Source: a virus. Taken from it: 64,000 bases of DNA. Shown piece by piece: positions 53,205 to 63,289 of the stretch. The DNA lies in the IMG/VR virus record IMGVR_UViG_3300037156_000189, positions 10,764-74,763 of that record. The stretch is one strand, 5' to 3'. Each line of letters opens with the position of its first letter. Position 1 is the stretch's first letter. The position numbers and the translations under genes were made by a program. The notes beneath the pieces were generated by a model. It worked only from the letters and a program-made list of their open reading frames with translations, searched no databases and was not told the DNA's origin.

Positions 53205-54560
53205 ATGAGTCAGTGGAGTCTAGTCGGGGATGTTCTGATGGCCCTGCGCGAGCAGGCCGGAGATCCACCTTCTGCCCTTCCTGCGCCTACGCTCACTTCC
53301 GTCACCCCATTCCCGACTGGCTCTACGAATATCTGGTTCACGGTCACCCAGCTCACCCCCTGGGGCGAGTCCCCGACTTCGGTTGAGACGGTCGTGGCCA
53401 ATGGGTCTATTGGTGCGGCTTTCACCCTCGCCGGAACTTGCTCGTTCGCCGCGACGGCCCTGCGCGTTTACTTCACTCTCTCGGGAACTGGGCAGGAAGA
53501 TCGGTACTCCTCCTACACGATCGCCTCTGGCGGAACAGGCTCATTTTCTCTCGCATTCAATCTCTCCGGTACAGGCACTGGACAGGGAGCGATCACACCC
53601 GGATTCGCGCCTTCGCGCAGCTCAGCTTGGCTGCCTGACACCGATGGGACGGCGCTAAGCGCGGCGGCTTTGTACCGATGGATTAACGAAGGGCTCGACG
53701 TAATTACAGCGATCACAGAAGGTATCCGTGACGTGACTGGAATTCCTTCAACTGCCGGCCAAGCTCAGTACCAAGTCATATCCAACTGGCGCTCGCTGAC
53801 CTCAGGGTTCTACGACGGCTGGAATATAACCTTCGGCAACAAGTCCGATATCTTCCGCCACAGCAATGTGACTGGCATTTCAGGCACGGCGGTCATGAAC
53901 CAGGATTCGGTGGTTCAACAGATCGAGCTTTATCCGCAGTCTTCGCGGACTTCAGGTGTGGGCGTTCTATCCGCTCCGCTCTCCGCTACAGCAACCGTAG
54001 TTCCTTACACTCTTGGCGCCACGGGCTGGGTTCTGGGATTCGGACTTGCCTTGCTCGGTCCGTATCCCGCCGACCCTTCCCTCTCAGAACTGGTTTATTA
54101 CTCAGGGAACGTTTCTAACCAGCTTTCTCCTGTTACCCGAGGTATGGGAGGCACAATCGCTCAGGCATGGCCCGCGGGGACTCTTGTCTCCGAGTGCAAT
54201 ATCTACCTCTCTGGCATCCGTTACCCAATTCACTACTCGCGTGGCCAAGCGAACATCCAATTGAACCTTCCTCCGGCCTGGATCGACGCTTTGAAGGACT
54301 ACTTATCCTCGCGGTTCCGCGGCGCCGAACAAGATATCGAAGCTCAGCAAGCGTTGTTGAAATCCTGCGAGCAGAAGTGCCAGGCGATCAAGGGAAACAG
54401 GCAGGTGATGAGCCCCAGGAGGGTTCAAGCCGGCGGAGTTGCGGGACCCGAAACCGTAAATTCTGCGGGCGGATTTTTCGGCGGCGTGATTCTTCCCCTT
54501 TTGTTCGCCTGCGCCGCGCTAAGCCCGCGCCTTCTTCAACTGCTTTCCGGAGTTTGTTGA
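53205..54560 (+). CDS. Head-tail adaptor / tail tubular A-like protein
   Basis: LYRWINEG, TAGQAQY, IELYP and LPPAWIDAL..Y; position. Confidence 0.65.
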   Translation: MSQWSLVGDVLMALREQAGDPPSALPAPTLTSVTPFPTGSTNIWFTVTQLTPWGESPTSVETVVANGSIGAAFTLAGTCSFAATALRVYFTLSGTGQEDRYSSYTIASGGTGSFSLAFNLSGTGTGQGAITPGFAPSRSSAWLPDTDGTALSAAALYRWINEGLDVITAITEGIRDVTGIPSTAGQAQYQVISNWRSLTSGFYDGWNITFGNKSDIFRHSNVTGISGTAVMNQDSVVQQIELYPQSSRTSGVGVLSAPLSATATVVPYTLGATGWVLGFGLALLGPYPADPSLSELVYYSGNVSNQLSPVTRGMGGTIAQAWPAGTLVSECNIYLSGIRYPIHYSRGQANIQLNLPPAWIDALKDYLSSRFRGAEQDIEAQQALLKSCEQKCQAIKGNRQVMSPRRVQAGGVAGPETVNSAGGFFGGVILPLLFACAALSPRLLQLLSGVC

Positions 54561-54561
54561 G

Positions 54562-57282
54562 ATGGCTGCTAAGATTCTGAGTCAAAAGAAGTTTTCGAAG
54601 TTGGTTAGCTCCACCGGCTCTCTCTCCCAGCCGCCCGGTGCATTGGCGCGTCTTTCCAACCTCATTTTTACGACCCGCGGGTCTCTTCAGATTGCTTCTG
54701 GCTCCAAAGCCATTGGCCAGCTTCCCCCACCCTCCACAGCCGCTGTGTGGATCGCTTCGTTCGATAAATACTCTTCCGGTCAGTACCCTTTTTACCCGGC
54801 GCTCGCTTTTCCTCCTGCCGGGTATCTCGTTCCCAATGTTACCAACTTCTCCGCCGGGCCGAACCTGGGAGCGGCGACAAATGCTCCTGGGATATACTAT
54901 TTCGCCATTGTCGCCAATAATGGCGCGTACAACTCCGCGCCTGTGATCGCCTATCTATCGACCGCACTGCCGTTCCCCGGAGTGACCTTCCTCTGGTCTG
55001 CCGCGCCTGGCGCCGCGACCTACGACATTTACTACATCGCGAGCCCCGGTGCTGGAGTAGGAAACAAGATCATTGCGGCAACCGCCGGTACGCCGTCCGG
55101 CGGGTCCCTGGGGGTCAACTTCACCGGGGCACTGGCACCCGACACGACCGTTATTCCCCAGGTCAACAACAGCTTCCTGTTGGAATTTCTTATCGGATCT
55201 GTCGCTCCGCCGTCGCAGTTGGTCAATTTTGTCCCTGTTACCAATTTTCTCTCAATTCCTCCTCAGCCTGCGCAACTGGCCCCTGGCGATCCCAACTTCA
55301 CCTTCAACACCATCAACACCAGTATTCAGACCCTGCTTCCCTCCAGCTCCGGAGGAACGGCGAGCGCGACGTCCAATAGCGGCAGCCCAACCAATACCCA
55401 GACGACTGTCGTAGCGACCGGATGGGCCGCGAGTCCCACCACCGCGGGCCAATCGATCACGGTCAACATGCAGGTCAGCGGCAGCGCGTCGATCTCGACC
55501 ACGATTCCGCCCACCCAGGGGGGCGGCGCGGCCACTTACGAGTATTCCGCCGATGGCGGTACGACCTGGACCACCATCGGTGCATTTTCCACCAATATCG
55601 GAACGTGGAGCCTGGCGCTGCCATTCACCGTTCCGGCATCGGTTCTGACCGATCTGTCCAATCTTCAAATTCGTATCGTGGCCATTGCACAGTGGGGGTA
55701 TGGATCTGGCAGCATCAACATCAGCGGATCGGCGACGGCTGGAATCTCAATCACGACTTCTACGTCGTCATCGTTCTCGCCTTATGGCGGAATACCCGGC
55801 CTGGCGTGTGTAATCCCGATGGAGGTCCAGTTCGCTTCCAAGGAGATATTGATCCTTGGTAACGGATATGCCCCTCAGCAATGCGATCCTTCCCTTCTCG
55901 GGGCTGCGACTCTTACCGCTCTGGCCAATACCTTCACCGCTGCGTATCCAACATGGCAGCCTTCGGTGGACTGGATCACCGGGGCGCAACTGTCCGCTCT
56001 CTACGGATCAGTCAATTACCTCTTCACCGCGACCCAAGGAGGAGTTTCGGGCTCAGGTTCGACCCCCTTCACCGGCACGCCGCCAGCTCAGGGGTCCGCT
56101 GTCGCCGATGGATCGGTTATCTGGACCTCGCAGGGGCCGATCGCTTCCTCGGTTGCTCCCCGCGGTGCCGCGCACGCCGTTGCCTATGCTGGTTCACTCT
56201 GGTTGGCCAACACGTCTCCACAGACCACCTCCGATGGAATCGACGGGCCAACCTGTATCAAGATGTCTGATTCCAATAACCCGAACTCGTGGAACCCATT
56301 GAACACCGCGTTCATCGGCCGGGACGACGGAACGCAGATCACAGGGCTGCAGCCTTTCACGATCGCCGCGCTGGGAATATCTCCCACTGGCTCTCTGTGC
56401 GTATTCAAGGAGTTTCAGACCTACCAGGTTATCGGCGTGTTTGGGTCGACGTCATTCGATATCCAGCCTGCGCAGACCAACTTGGGGTGTATCGCCGCGC
56501 GGTCGATCCAATTTCTCCCCGGCTTTGGCGTGGTCCGGTATACCCACCTCGGGTTCGCGGTGTTCGATGGAATCAATGACCGGCTAATTTCCGAAGACAT
56601 CCGGCCTTACTTGTTCGGCGGAGTGGATTCCGAAGCCGATTTGGTTCCTGTGGACCCCAGTTACGTTTATCTCTCGAAGTCGGCTCAGACTATCTCCCCA
56701 CCGATGTACCTATGTGCGATGCCATTGGCGGGCCAGTCCGGTGCTCTGACCCGGCTGTTCGCCTACGATCTGGTAATGAAGTCCTGGGCAATACTCGATC
56801 TGCCGTGGGCAATCAGTTCCTTGAACGCGATGTCAACCGGGGAAGGCTATCCCCTGGTTCTCGCCGGCAAGATCGATGGCGCGGTCCAGCGTCTGCAATC
56901 CGGAGACTTGAACTGGGACCAGGGAGCGACGGATCAGTCTACCGTCCAGTGGTCGTTCCGGAGTCCCGATGTCTTCGGCGAAGGAAGTTCTCAAAAACTG
57001 TTCTACGAGATGGCGACGATTCGCGGTTATGGCTCCTCGGCAATGGTGGCGTCCATTGTTGCAAATCTTTGGCTGGATGGCCAATTGCTCGGTGCGCAGG
57101 CCATCGATGTTGTTCCTCAAGGCGGATCCAATCTGTTCGAAGCACGGGTAAAGATGTTCCACTCTGGTTATCGCGCGCACATCGATTTCTCAGGTAACAA
57201 CGGCGGCGCGGCAGGGGTAATTGACGCAATTGACTGGGCTATCGTGCCAAAAAGCAGTTTGGCGAGGAGGATCATCTCGTGA
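54562..57282 (+). CDS. Tail nozzle / stabilisation (tubular B-like) protein
   Basis: SDSNNPNSW, ITGL, LCVFKE and LGCIAARSI beta-propeller pattern. Confidence 0.7.
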   Translation: MAAKILSQKKFSKLVSSTGSLSQPPGALARLSNLIFTTRGSLQIASGSKAIGQLPPPSTAAVWIASFDKYSSGQYPFYPALAFPPAGYLVPNVTNFSAGPNLGAATNAPGIYYFAIVANNGAYNSAPVIAYLSTALPFPGVTFLWSAAPGAATYDIYYIASPGAGVGNKIIAATAGTPSGGSLGVNFTGALAPDTTVIPQVNNSFLLEFLIGSVAPPSQLVNFVPVTNFLSIPPQPAQLAPGDPNFTFNTINTSIQTLLPSSSGGTASATSNSGSPTNTQTTVVATGWAASPTTAGQSITVNMQVSGSASISTTIPPTQGGGAATYEYSADGGTTWTTIGAFSTNIGTWSLALPFTVPASVLTDLSNLQIRIVAIAQWGYGSGSINISGSATAGISITTSTSSSFSPYGGIPGLACVIPMEVQFASKEILILGNGYAPQQCDPSLLGAATLTALANTFTAAYPTWQPSVDWITGAQLSALYGSVNYLFTATQGGVSGSGSTPFTGTPPAQGSAVADGSVIWTSQGPIASSVAPRGAAHAVAYAGSLWLANTSPQTTSDGIDGPTCIKMSDSNNPNSWNPLNTAFIGRDDGTQITGLQPFTIAALGISPTGSLCVFKEFQTYQVIGVFGSTSFDIQPAQTNLGCIAARSIQFLPGFGVVRYTHLGFAVFDGINDRLISEDIRPYLFGGVDSEADLVPVDPSYVYLSKSAQTISPPMYLCAMPLAGQSGALTRLFAYDLVMKSWAILDLPWAISSLNAMSTGEGYPLVLAGKIDGAVQRLQSGDLNWDQGATDQSTVQWSFRSPDVFGEGSSQKLFYEMATIRGYGSSAMVASIVANLWLDGQLLGAQAIDVVPQGGSNLFEARVKMFHSGYRAHIDFSGNNGGAAGVIDAIDWAIVPKSSLARRIIS

Positions 57283-57701
57283 TCCGCGTCCGCAATCTTC
57301 GAGAGGGCGAAGCGGTTAACCTCCCTGTCACTTTGCTTGACCACGGAATGCCTTACCTCGTTCCGGAATGGGTGTGGGCTGTCGAGGCCGAGGGTCACTC
57401 TAAGCCCTTCGCCATCATCGTCGCTTCTTTTTCCCATGGCTGGCTAGTGTTGTGGCGAATTTTGGCTCTTTCCCCCCTTCCTCCCGGAATACCCTTAAAC
57501 TGGTTCCTAGAGGCCCATCCGCAGGTCTTCGCCGAAGCGCGTTCCCGTGGTTGCGTCGGATTCCTGACTCTCCTGGCCGACGACCGCCCCGCCGAGGCCC
57601 AGATGGCCCGGATCGCAGTGCGGCTGGCCGGGGGGACGATCCTGCCGTTTCACGGCTCAATGTGCGTGGGGCCGTTGATTGGAGAGGGAGGACCGCGATG
57701 A
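57279..57701 (+). CDS. GNAT-like tail assembly protein
   Basis: Starts MIRVRNLREGE; position. Confidence 0.5.
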   Translation: MIRVRNLREGEAVNLPVTLLDHGMPYLVPEWVWAVEAEGHSKPFAIIVASFSHGWLVLWRILALSPLPPGIPLNWFLEAHPQVFAEARSRGCVGFLTLLADDRPAEAQMARIAVRLAGGTILPFHGSMCVGPLIGEGGPR

Positions 57702-58162
57702 TCGCCGAAGACATTCAAATCACGATTCTCCCTGTCCCCGTCGCCACGGTTTTTGATGCGCCCAACTCCGAGGCCCTGCTCCAGGCCTACGCGGAAGATT
57801 GTCTGGTTCCCGATGCCAAGCCCCAACGGGCGATGTACGAAGCGATGGAGCGTGTGGGTGCGCTTCAGTGTTTTGCAGCCTATTCAGGTCGGTTGCTTGT
57901 CGGAATAGTCTCGGTCGTCTCCGCTGTCGTGCCCCATCTCGGCAAGCGCATCGCAACCATCGAGAGTGTATTTGTAGACCCAGCGTACCGCAGCACCGGA
58001 GCAGGGGACTCGCTTCTTGAAGCTGCTGAGCACTACGCCACGGGCGTAAAGTGCCTGGCCATAACCGGGTCACCGCGAATCGACAGCGCATTTGAGAAGG
58101 TTCTTTCCCGGCGCCCTGGATACCAGCGGACGCATTCTATGTTTACGAGGTGGCTGGCATGA
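57698..58162 (+). CDS. GNAT acetyltransferase
   Basis: ESVFVDPAYRSTGAGDSLLEAAE. Confidence 0.85.
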   Translation: MIAEDIQITILPVPVATVFDAPNSEALLQAYAEDCLVPDAKPQRAMYEAMERVGALQCFAAYSGRLLVGIVSVVSAVVPHLGKRIATIESVFVDPAYRSTGAGDSLLEAAEHYATGVKCLAITGSPRIDSAFEKVLSRRPGYQRTHSMFTRWLA

Positions 58163-58629
58163 GCGCGTTAGCCCAGACTCTCCCGCCAAATGCTGTCCTC
58201 ATGCCTCCATCCCCGGCCATGCTCGACCGGTTGGCCGAGGCGCACTCGATCATGCTGACTCTACCGCAGGTTCCGCTCACCACCGGGCATCTCTTCCACG
58301 GTGGGATGTACGCAAGGACAATCAAGCTTCAAGCGGGGGTGTGGATGCTGGGATCGTTGATCCTTCGCGCCACCATTCTTATCGTTCACGGCGATTGTTC
58401 AGTCATCTCCGGTGAGCAACGTCTTGACCTAACCGGGTACAACGTCCTCCCCGGCTCGGCCGGGCGCAAGCAGCTATTTCTGACTCACGGGCCGGTTGAG
58501 ATGACCATGCTTTTTCCAACCAGCACTTGCTCTGTCGAGGAAGTGGAGAACGAAGTGTTTGCCGAGGCCGGTCAACTGCAATCGCGCAAAGACGACAGTC
58601 GGGACACAGTTGTAATTACCGGCCAGTAG
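58159..58629 (+). CDS. Cupin-like phage protein
   Basis: HLFHGGMYARTI...GSAGRKQ. Confidence 0.7.
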   Translation: MSALAQTLPPNAVLMPPSPAMLDRLAEAHSIMLTLPQVPLTTGHLFHGGMYARTIKLQAGVWMLGSLILRATILIVHGDCSVISGEQRLDLTGYNVLPGSAGRKQLFLTHGPVEMTMLFPTSTCSVEEVENEVFAEAGQLQSRKDDSRDTVVITGQ

Positions 58630-58650
58630 GCCAAGAAAGGGGTATCCCGC

Positions 58651-59208
58651 ATGGCAGGAACTCTATCGACAGTGCTCTCCATCGCTGGAATCGCCTCCGG
58701 CTTGACTGCAACCGGCGTTGGCGCATATGAAGGCGTTGCGAACCGCGATGCCCAATCCGATGCCCAGAAGGCGAACCAGCAGGCTCTGCTCAAGCAACAG
58801 CAGTCTCAGGCCAACCAGGCCAATCTGACTAAGCAGCAGGCAGTCCTCAGTCAACAAGGCCAGGCCCAGCAGCAGACCGGGGGATCCCTCACCGACGACG
58901 GGACTACGGCGCTGACTGACTTATTGGCCGGGTATCCAGGGTTTCAGGGCGGAGCAGGTACAAACTCAGCTCCCGGCGCAGGGATAGGCGCCAGTGGGGC
59001 CAATGGCGGCACGGCAGCACCGGCTGCAGCGGGCTCAGGTGGCGGAACAGGAACTCCCGATATCGCTGCGATCCTTGCCTCCTTGCGTGGAGGCGGCACA
59101 GGCGGCCAATTCGGCGGTGGCTCTGGTAACCTCTCCGGCGGCAACTGGCAGTCTCAGCCCAGCCAGCCCCAATCGTCTTTTGAACTTTCCAACCCGCCGC
59201 TAACGTAG
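58651..59208 (+). CDS. Probable internal virion (ejection) protein
   Basis: Gly/Ala/Gln-rich with a hydrophobic N-terminus. Confidence 0.6.
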   Translation: MAGTLSTVLSIAGIASGLTATGVGAYEGVANRDAQSDAQKANQQALLKQQQSQANQANLTKQQAVLSQQGQAQQQTGGSLTDDGTTALTDLLAGYPGFQGGAGTNSAPGAGIGASGANGGTAAPAAAGSGGGTGTPDIAAILASLRGGGTGGQFGGGSGNLSGGNWQSQPSQPQSSFELSNPPLT

Positions 59209-59222
59209 GAAGGAGTCACTCC

Positions 59223-59861
59223 ATGGACGGAATTACGCAGGCACTTCAGGCGATCCAGCCTGAACTCAAAGCAGGTACGGAGGTCGCCGGCCTTGGCTCC
59301 ACCGCGTATAACCTTTATAATCAGTATCAAAATCAACAGTATCAGAACCAGCTTCGATCCATGGCGCAGGATCCGGCGAAGATGAATGCCTACGCGGCGA
59401 AGTTCACTCAGCCTTTGACCGCTGGGCTGACCACTGGGGTCGCCAACCAGGCTCAGGCCGATCTCGCCACGCGCGGCCTGACCGATTCGCCTGAGATATC
59501 ACAGCAGGTTTACGCGCAGGCCATCGCACCATACATCCAGCAGAACCAGCAAAACGGGTATCAGAATGCGCTGCAAGCGCTCCAGGTTGGCGGCGGTGCA
59601 GTCAATCCGAACTCGCAATCGGCAAATACAATATCGTCGCTAGCCAAGGCCTTTTCACAATTGGGGGGATCAGGGAGCGAAGGTTCCCTACAACAACTCT
59701 TGCGACTAGCTAATGCAAGCCCAACTCCGCAAACCGCTTCGCCCGATCTGAGCAGTATTTCGATCCCTTACGAGCCTACACAGAATGTTGATCTGAGCGG
59801 TGCGTACCAACCGGATTATTCGTCGGCGGCTGGAGATTCCGGCGCAGGATGGGGAGAATAA
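59223..59861 (+). CDS. Probable ejection protein
   Basis: Gln-rich; LATRGL motif. Confidence 0.6.
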   Translation: MDGITQALQAIQPELKAGTEVAGLGSTAYNLYNQYQNQQYQNQLRSMAQDPAKMNAYAAKFTQPLTAGLTTGVANQAQADLATRGLTDSPEISQQVYAQAIAPYIQQNQQNGYQNALQALQVGGGAVNPNSQSANTISSLAKAFSQLGGSGSEGSLQQLLRLANASPTPQTASPDLSSISIPYEPTQNVDLSGAYQPDYSSAAGDSGAGWGE

Positions 59862-59864
59862 GTC

Positions 59865-61394
59865 ATGGGATTCTGGAACGCGCTTTCGGCACTTGCACCC
59901 GTCGCGCCGGCCATGTCGGACGCCAAGGATCTGCGCACCTCGCGGGAGCAAGACGCGACCAAGTTTACATCGGACCAAGCTCTCGCGCAAGCGCAACTGA
60001 CAACACGGAAACTGGCCGCGCAGGCAGAGCAGCAACGGATTACCGCAGGAAATTGGGCCATTCCCCGCGGCGATCCCTATTGGGATGGCACCAAAATGGT
60101 ACAGCCGGTGCTAGATCCCGTAAAAGGAATGACGATGCAGGATGCACCGTGGGCCGAGACACCGCAAAGTAAGGTCAAGAAATTTGCCGATGAGTACCAA
60201 CAAGTGTACGGGAAGCCTATGCCTAACGACACCCAGAGGCAGGTGATCTCGCAAGTTTATGGCTTTCCTTTGCCAAAAACCGAGTTCAAACAGTATTCCG
60301 GGGATGCTGGAAAGCCGCGAAAAGACCCCGCTGACGGAAATTACTATGTCTATGGCACGGACGAAAAAGGCGCGCAGACACGGCAAAATATGGGAACCTC
60401 GCCGACAACATCCACCACTGAAATAAGCGCGGATGAGGCTGCCCAACTGAACAAGCTCTACAAGTCCGATCCCAAAACTCCCTATTTCACGGAGGGCATG
60501 AGCCGAGTTGAAGCAAACAGCACTAGAAAGGGTATCGATGATCGAAATACCGCGGATCGCCAAGCGAATTCCGAGGCCATGGCGAATAAGCGGTTCGACC
60601 TGTCAGACCGGAGGATGGAATTGGCGCTGAAGAACTCCACTACAGGACCGGCGCAGGGTGACCCGAATCTATCTGGCGCCGCTTATCTTGCAACGCTTCC
60701 GGACTCAGAACGCTCGCTGGTGCAATCGATCGGGACAGGAAAGATGGGAATCCAGCAGCTTGGTTATGTCGTGGCTCGCAACCAACGGCTAGCCGACGAA
60801 GTGGTAAAGGCATATCCTGACTTCGACTCATCCAGGATTCAGAGTTATATCGCCCAATACCACAATTTCACTGGCGGTAAGGCGGCGGAACAGTTGAAAG
60901 CCGGAGCGAATGCAATCCAGCACCTTTATCAACTGAAGGCGATCAACGACGCTCACCCGCTGATGGTGCATGCGGGTGTCGGACGCTACGCTCCCGATGC
61001 CGCCAAACAATATGACGCCATCTTGAACGTCGTTACAGGAGAACTATCGAAATTCTACGGGACGCCTCAAACAAATGAGGAGCGGGCTAAATTAAGCAAC
61101 CCTCTCGTGGGGATCAATCGTAATGCCGGCATCCTCGGCCAAGCCTCCGCGATGGGAACCGCGCTTAATGATCTGAAAAATCAGTGGGAGCAAGCCAAAC
61201 CCAGTGCGTCCTATGGAAAGCCCATGCCTGGGCTAAACACTGGGGCGTTGACTGCGCTCAAGGAATTGGCTCCAGATCAGTACCTGACGTTCGTGGGCGG
61301 AAGCGGGAGTGGAACCGCGCCTGCCGCTACTTCGCCCCCCACAAAGAGCGTGGCGCCTAAAACGGCTGAGGATTACATGGGAAGCCCGCAATGA
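59865..61394 (+). CDS. Probable ejection / DNA-transfer protein
   Basis: Position and composition. Confidence 0.6.
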   Translation: MGFWNALSALAPVAPAMSDAKDLRTSREQDATKFTSDQALAQAQLTTRKLAAQAEQQRITAGNWAIPRGDPYWDGTKMVQPVLDPVKGMTMQDAPWAETPQSKVKKFADEYQQVYGKPMPNDTQRQVISQVYGFPLPKTEFKQYSGDAGKPRKDPADGNYYVYGTDEKGAQTRQNMGTSPTTSTTEISADEAAQLNKLYKSDPKTPYFTEGMSRVEANSTRKGIDDRNTADRQANSEAMANKRFDLSDRRMELALKNSTTGPAQGDPNLSGAAYLATLPDSERSLVQSIGTGKMGIQQLGYVVARNQRLADEVVKAYPDFDSSRIQSYIAQYHNFTGGKAAEQLKAGANAIQHLYQLKAINDAHPLMVHAGVGRYAPDAAKQYDAILNVVTGELSKFYGTPQTNEERAKLSNPLVGINRNAGILGQASAMGTALNDLKNQWEQAKPSASYGKPMPGLNTGALTALKELAPDQYLTFVGGSGSGTAPAATSPPTKSVAPKTAEDYMGSPQ

Positions 61395-63289
61395 CTCCAA
61401 AAGCTCAACAGACCCTTGCCGACCCCAAGTTCTATCAATTGCCCCCCGCCGAACAGCAACGCGCTCTGGCGATGATGGACGCAGATTATGCTGGACTACC
61501 GCTGGAGGAACGCAACAAGGTGCTTCAGATGGGCCAGCAGAGATTAGGCTCTGCTTCTACAGTCCCTGCGCCCACCAATACCATCCGTCCCTTAGCCGAC
61601 CAAGAACGTTTCTCCGATCTCAATCTTTACCCAGTTGGCGTCAAGGGTGAAGGCGTTGGAGAGAATCTCAAGAACCTAGCGCAACGGGGAGGAGTTGGAA
61701 TTTATCAACTTGCCCAAGCGGCTATGAACCCCGGCGCTACCGTCCGTGGCATGGTGAGTTCCGTTCTTCCCGATCCGATAATCAATTTATTGAATAAGCT
61801 CCCTGGCCCGGCAAGCGGCAAGAGCCAACCGATTCCGACCGGCACACCCAATCCGCTTGAGCAAGCTTACAAGGCACTTCAGCCCGGCGGTTGGCAGGCA
61901 GCGGGGAATGTCGCTCCTGTGGCTGGCCAAGCTCTTGCTACTGCAGGCGTGGGCGAGGCCGCCCCCGCCATCGCATTGGACATCCTAAAATACGCCAAGG
62001 CAGTCGCGCCCAAGCTAGCTGATGCTGCGGCCGCTACTGCACGCGCGCCCGTTTCTCTCCTGCGTATAGGAATGCAGGATCTCGGTGGGGCGGGCAAGGA
62101 GCCTGTCGCCAGGGCTATTCGTAAAGACGCAGCCAATTCTGTCGAAGCCCAGAAATCCTATGAAGACGCTCTCAGCGGAGTGCAAGGTAAGAACAAAGAT
62201 ACTCGTGCCGACTATGTAGGCAAGGAGATAGCCGCACGCCGGTCGGAGGCCACGCAAGCCGCAGCTAAGGCGCAGAAGCAAGTCATTGAGCGCGGTCAGG
62301 AGGCATACGTTACCCGCGCTATGGCCAACGCGCGTGAGACTTTCAAAACCGTCAAGGCAAGACTCGACGCTCGGTTCAATGTGCTTCGTGACAAAATCGG
62401 TGACCAGTCTATTGGCGACGGCAGCGTCAAAGGGAAGCCTATCGGCAGTGATGCCATCGAGCAATCTATCGAGCAGGCTAAGGATAAGTTCTTGATGGGA
62501 TCTCCGGAAAGCCTTGCCCAGTTCAACAATCTTATGAACACGATGACCGAGGAAACACCCCCGTCCATTCCATTCGGTAAGCCTGAGGTGAAAATCCGTC
62601 CCCTCTCATGGCAGGAAGCGCGAGTTCACTACACGGCGTTGGGGGACAAACTCTACTCCGGTGGCCTGGATGCGCTTCCCGGCAACGTCCGCAAAGCCAT
62701 TGGTATGGTTCGGGATACGATCGACGAACAACTTGAAAGAGTAGCCAAGGCCAATAAACTCGACAAATTCTATCGCTCGGCACAAGACGACTGGGGACAG
62801 TTCAAAAAAGACTGGGACGACATGAGCAATCTCTCCTATTCCAAAGGCGCGATGAACGAAGCAGGATCGCCGCTGGCTCGATTGGTTCGTGCGGCTGACC
62901 CTAAGACTGCCGCTCGCGCGCTTGCCAACGACCGTATCATGGAACAATTGGCACGTTATCGGGCGCATGGATCGAATCTTAATCTAGCTAAGGGTTTCCG
63001 AGCACTCGACTCGCGATTGGATGGCATCGACAAAGTGACTCTGAGTAAACACCCACCCAAATTTGAACCTGATCCTGAGCCCACCCCGCCCGACACCAGC
63101 GCATCGAAGTCCCCGGCCCAAATCCGCTACGAGAAATTGGAACAGTATGCCGGCCGCCCGTGGCGTTGGTACGACGTTGTGCCATTTAATCTTTTTGAGC
63201 GTTTGTTGTTGAAGTCTAATGATATCCGCCAATGGGTGGCCGAGCAGCCGCGCAATGAAATTCCTATCGAAAGGCAGATCACCAAATGA
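61391..63289 (+). CDS. Probable large ejection protein
   Basis: LADPKFYQLPPAEQ N-terminus; helical composition. Confidence 0.6.
   Translation: MTPKAQQTLADPKFYQLPPAEQQRALAMMDADYAGLPLEERNKVLQMGQQRLGSASTVPAPTNTIRPLADQERFSDLNLYPVGVKGEGVGENLKNLAQRGGVGIYQLAQAAMNPGATVRGMVSSVLPDPIINLLNKLPGPASGKSQPIPTGTPNPLEQAYKALQPGGWQAAGNVAPVAGQALATAGVGEAAPAIALDILKYAKAVAPKLADAAAATARAPVSLLRIGMQDLGGAGKEPVARAIRKDAANSVEAQKSYEDALSGVQGKNKDTRADYVGKEIAARRSEATQAAAKAQKQVIERGQEAYVTRAMANARETFKTVKARLDARFNVLRDKIGDQSIGDGSVKGKPIGSDAIEQSIEQAKDKFLMGSPESLAQFNNLMNTMTEETPPSIPFGKPEVKIRPLSWQEARVHYTALGDKLYSGGLDALPGNVRKAIGMVRDTIDEQLERVAKANKLDKFYRSAQDDWGQFKKDWDDMSNLSYSKGAMNEAGSPLARLVRAADPKTAARALANDRIMEQLARYRAHGSNLNLAKGFRALDSRLDGIDKVTLSKHPPKFEPDPEPTPPDTSASKSPAQIRYEKLEQYAGRPWRWYDVVPFNLFERLLLKSNDIRQWVAEQPRNEIPIERQITK

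Noticed and set aside
57279-58629. GNAT and cupin genes as a novel toxin or modification system
   Set aside because: Such genes commonly sit between nozzle and ejection genes in podovirus-like phages.
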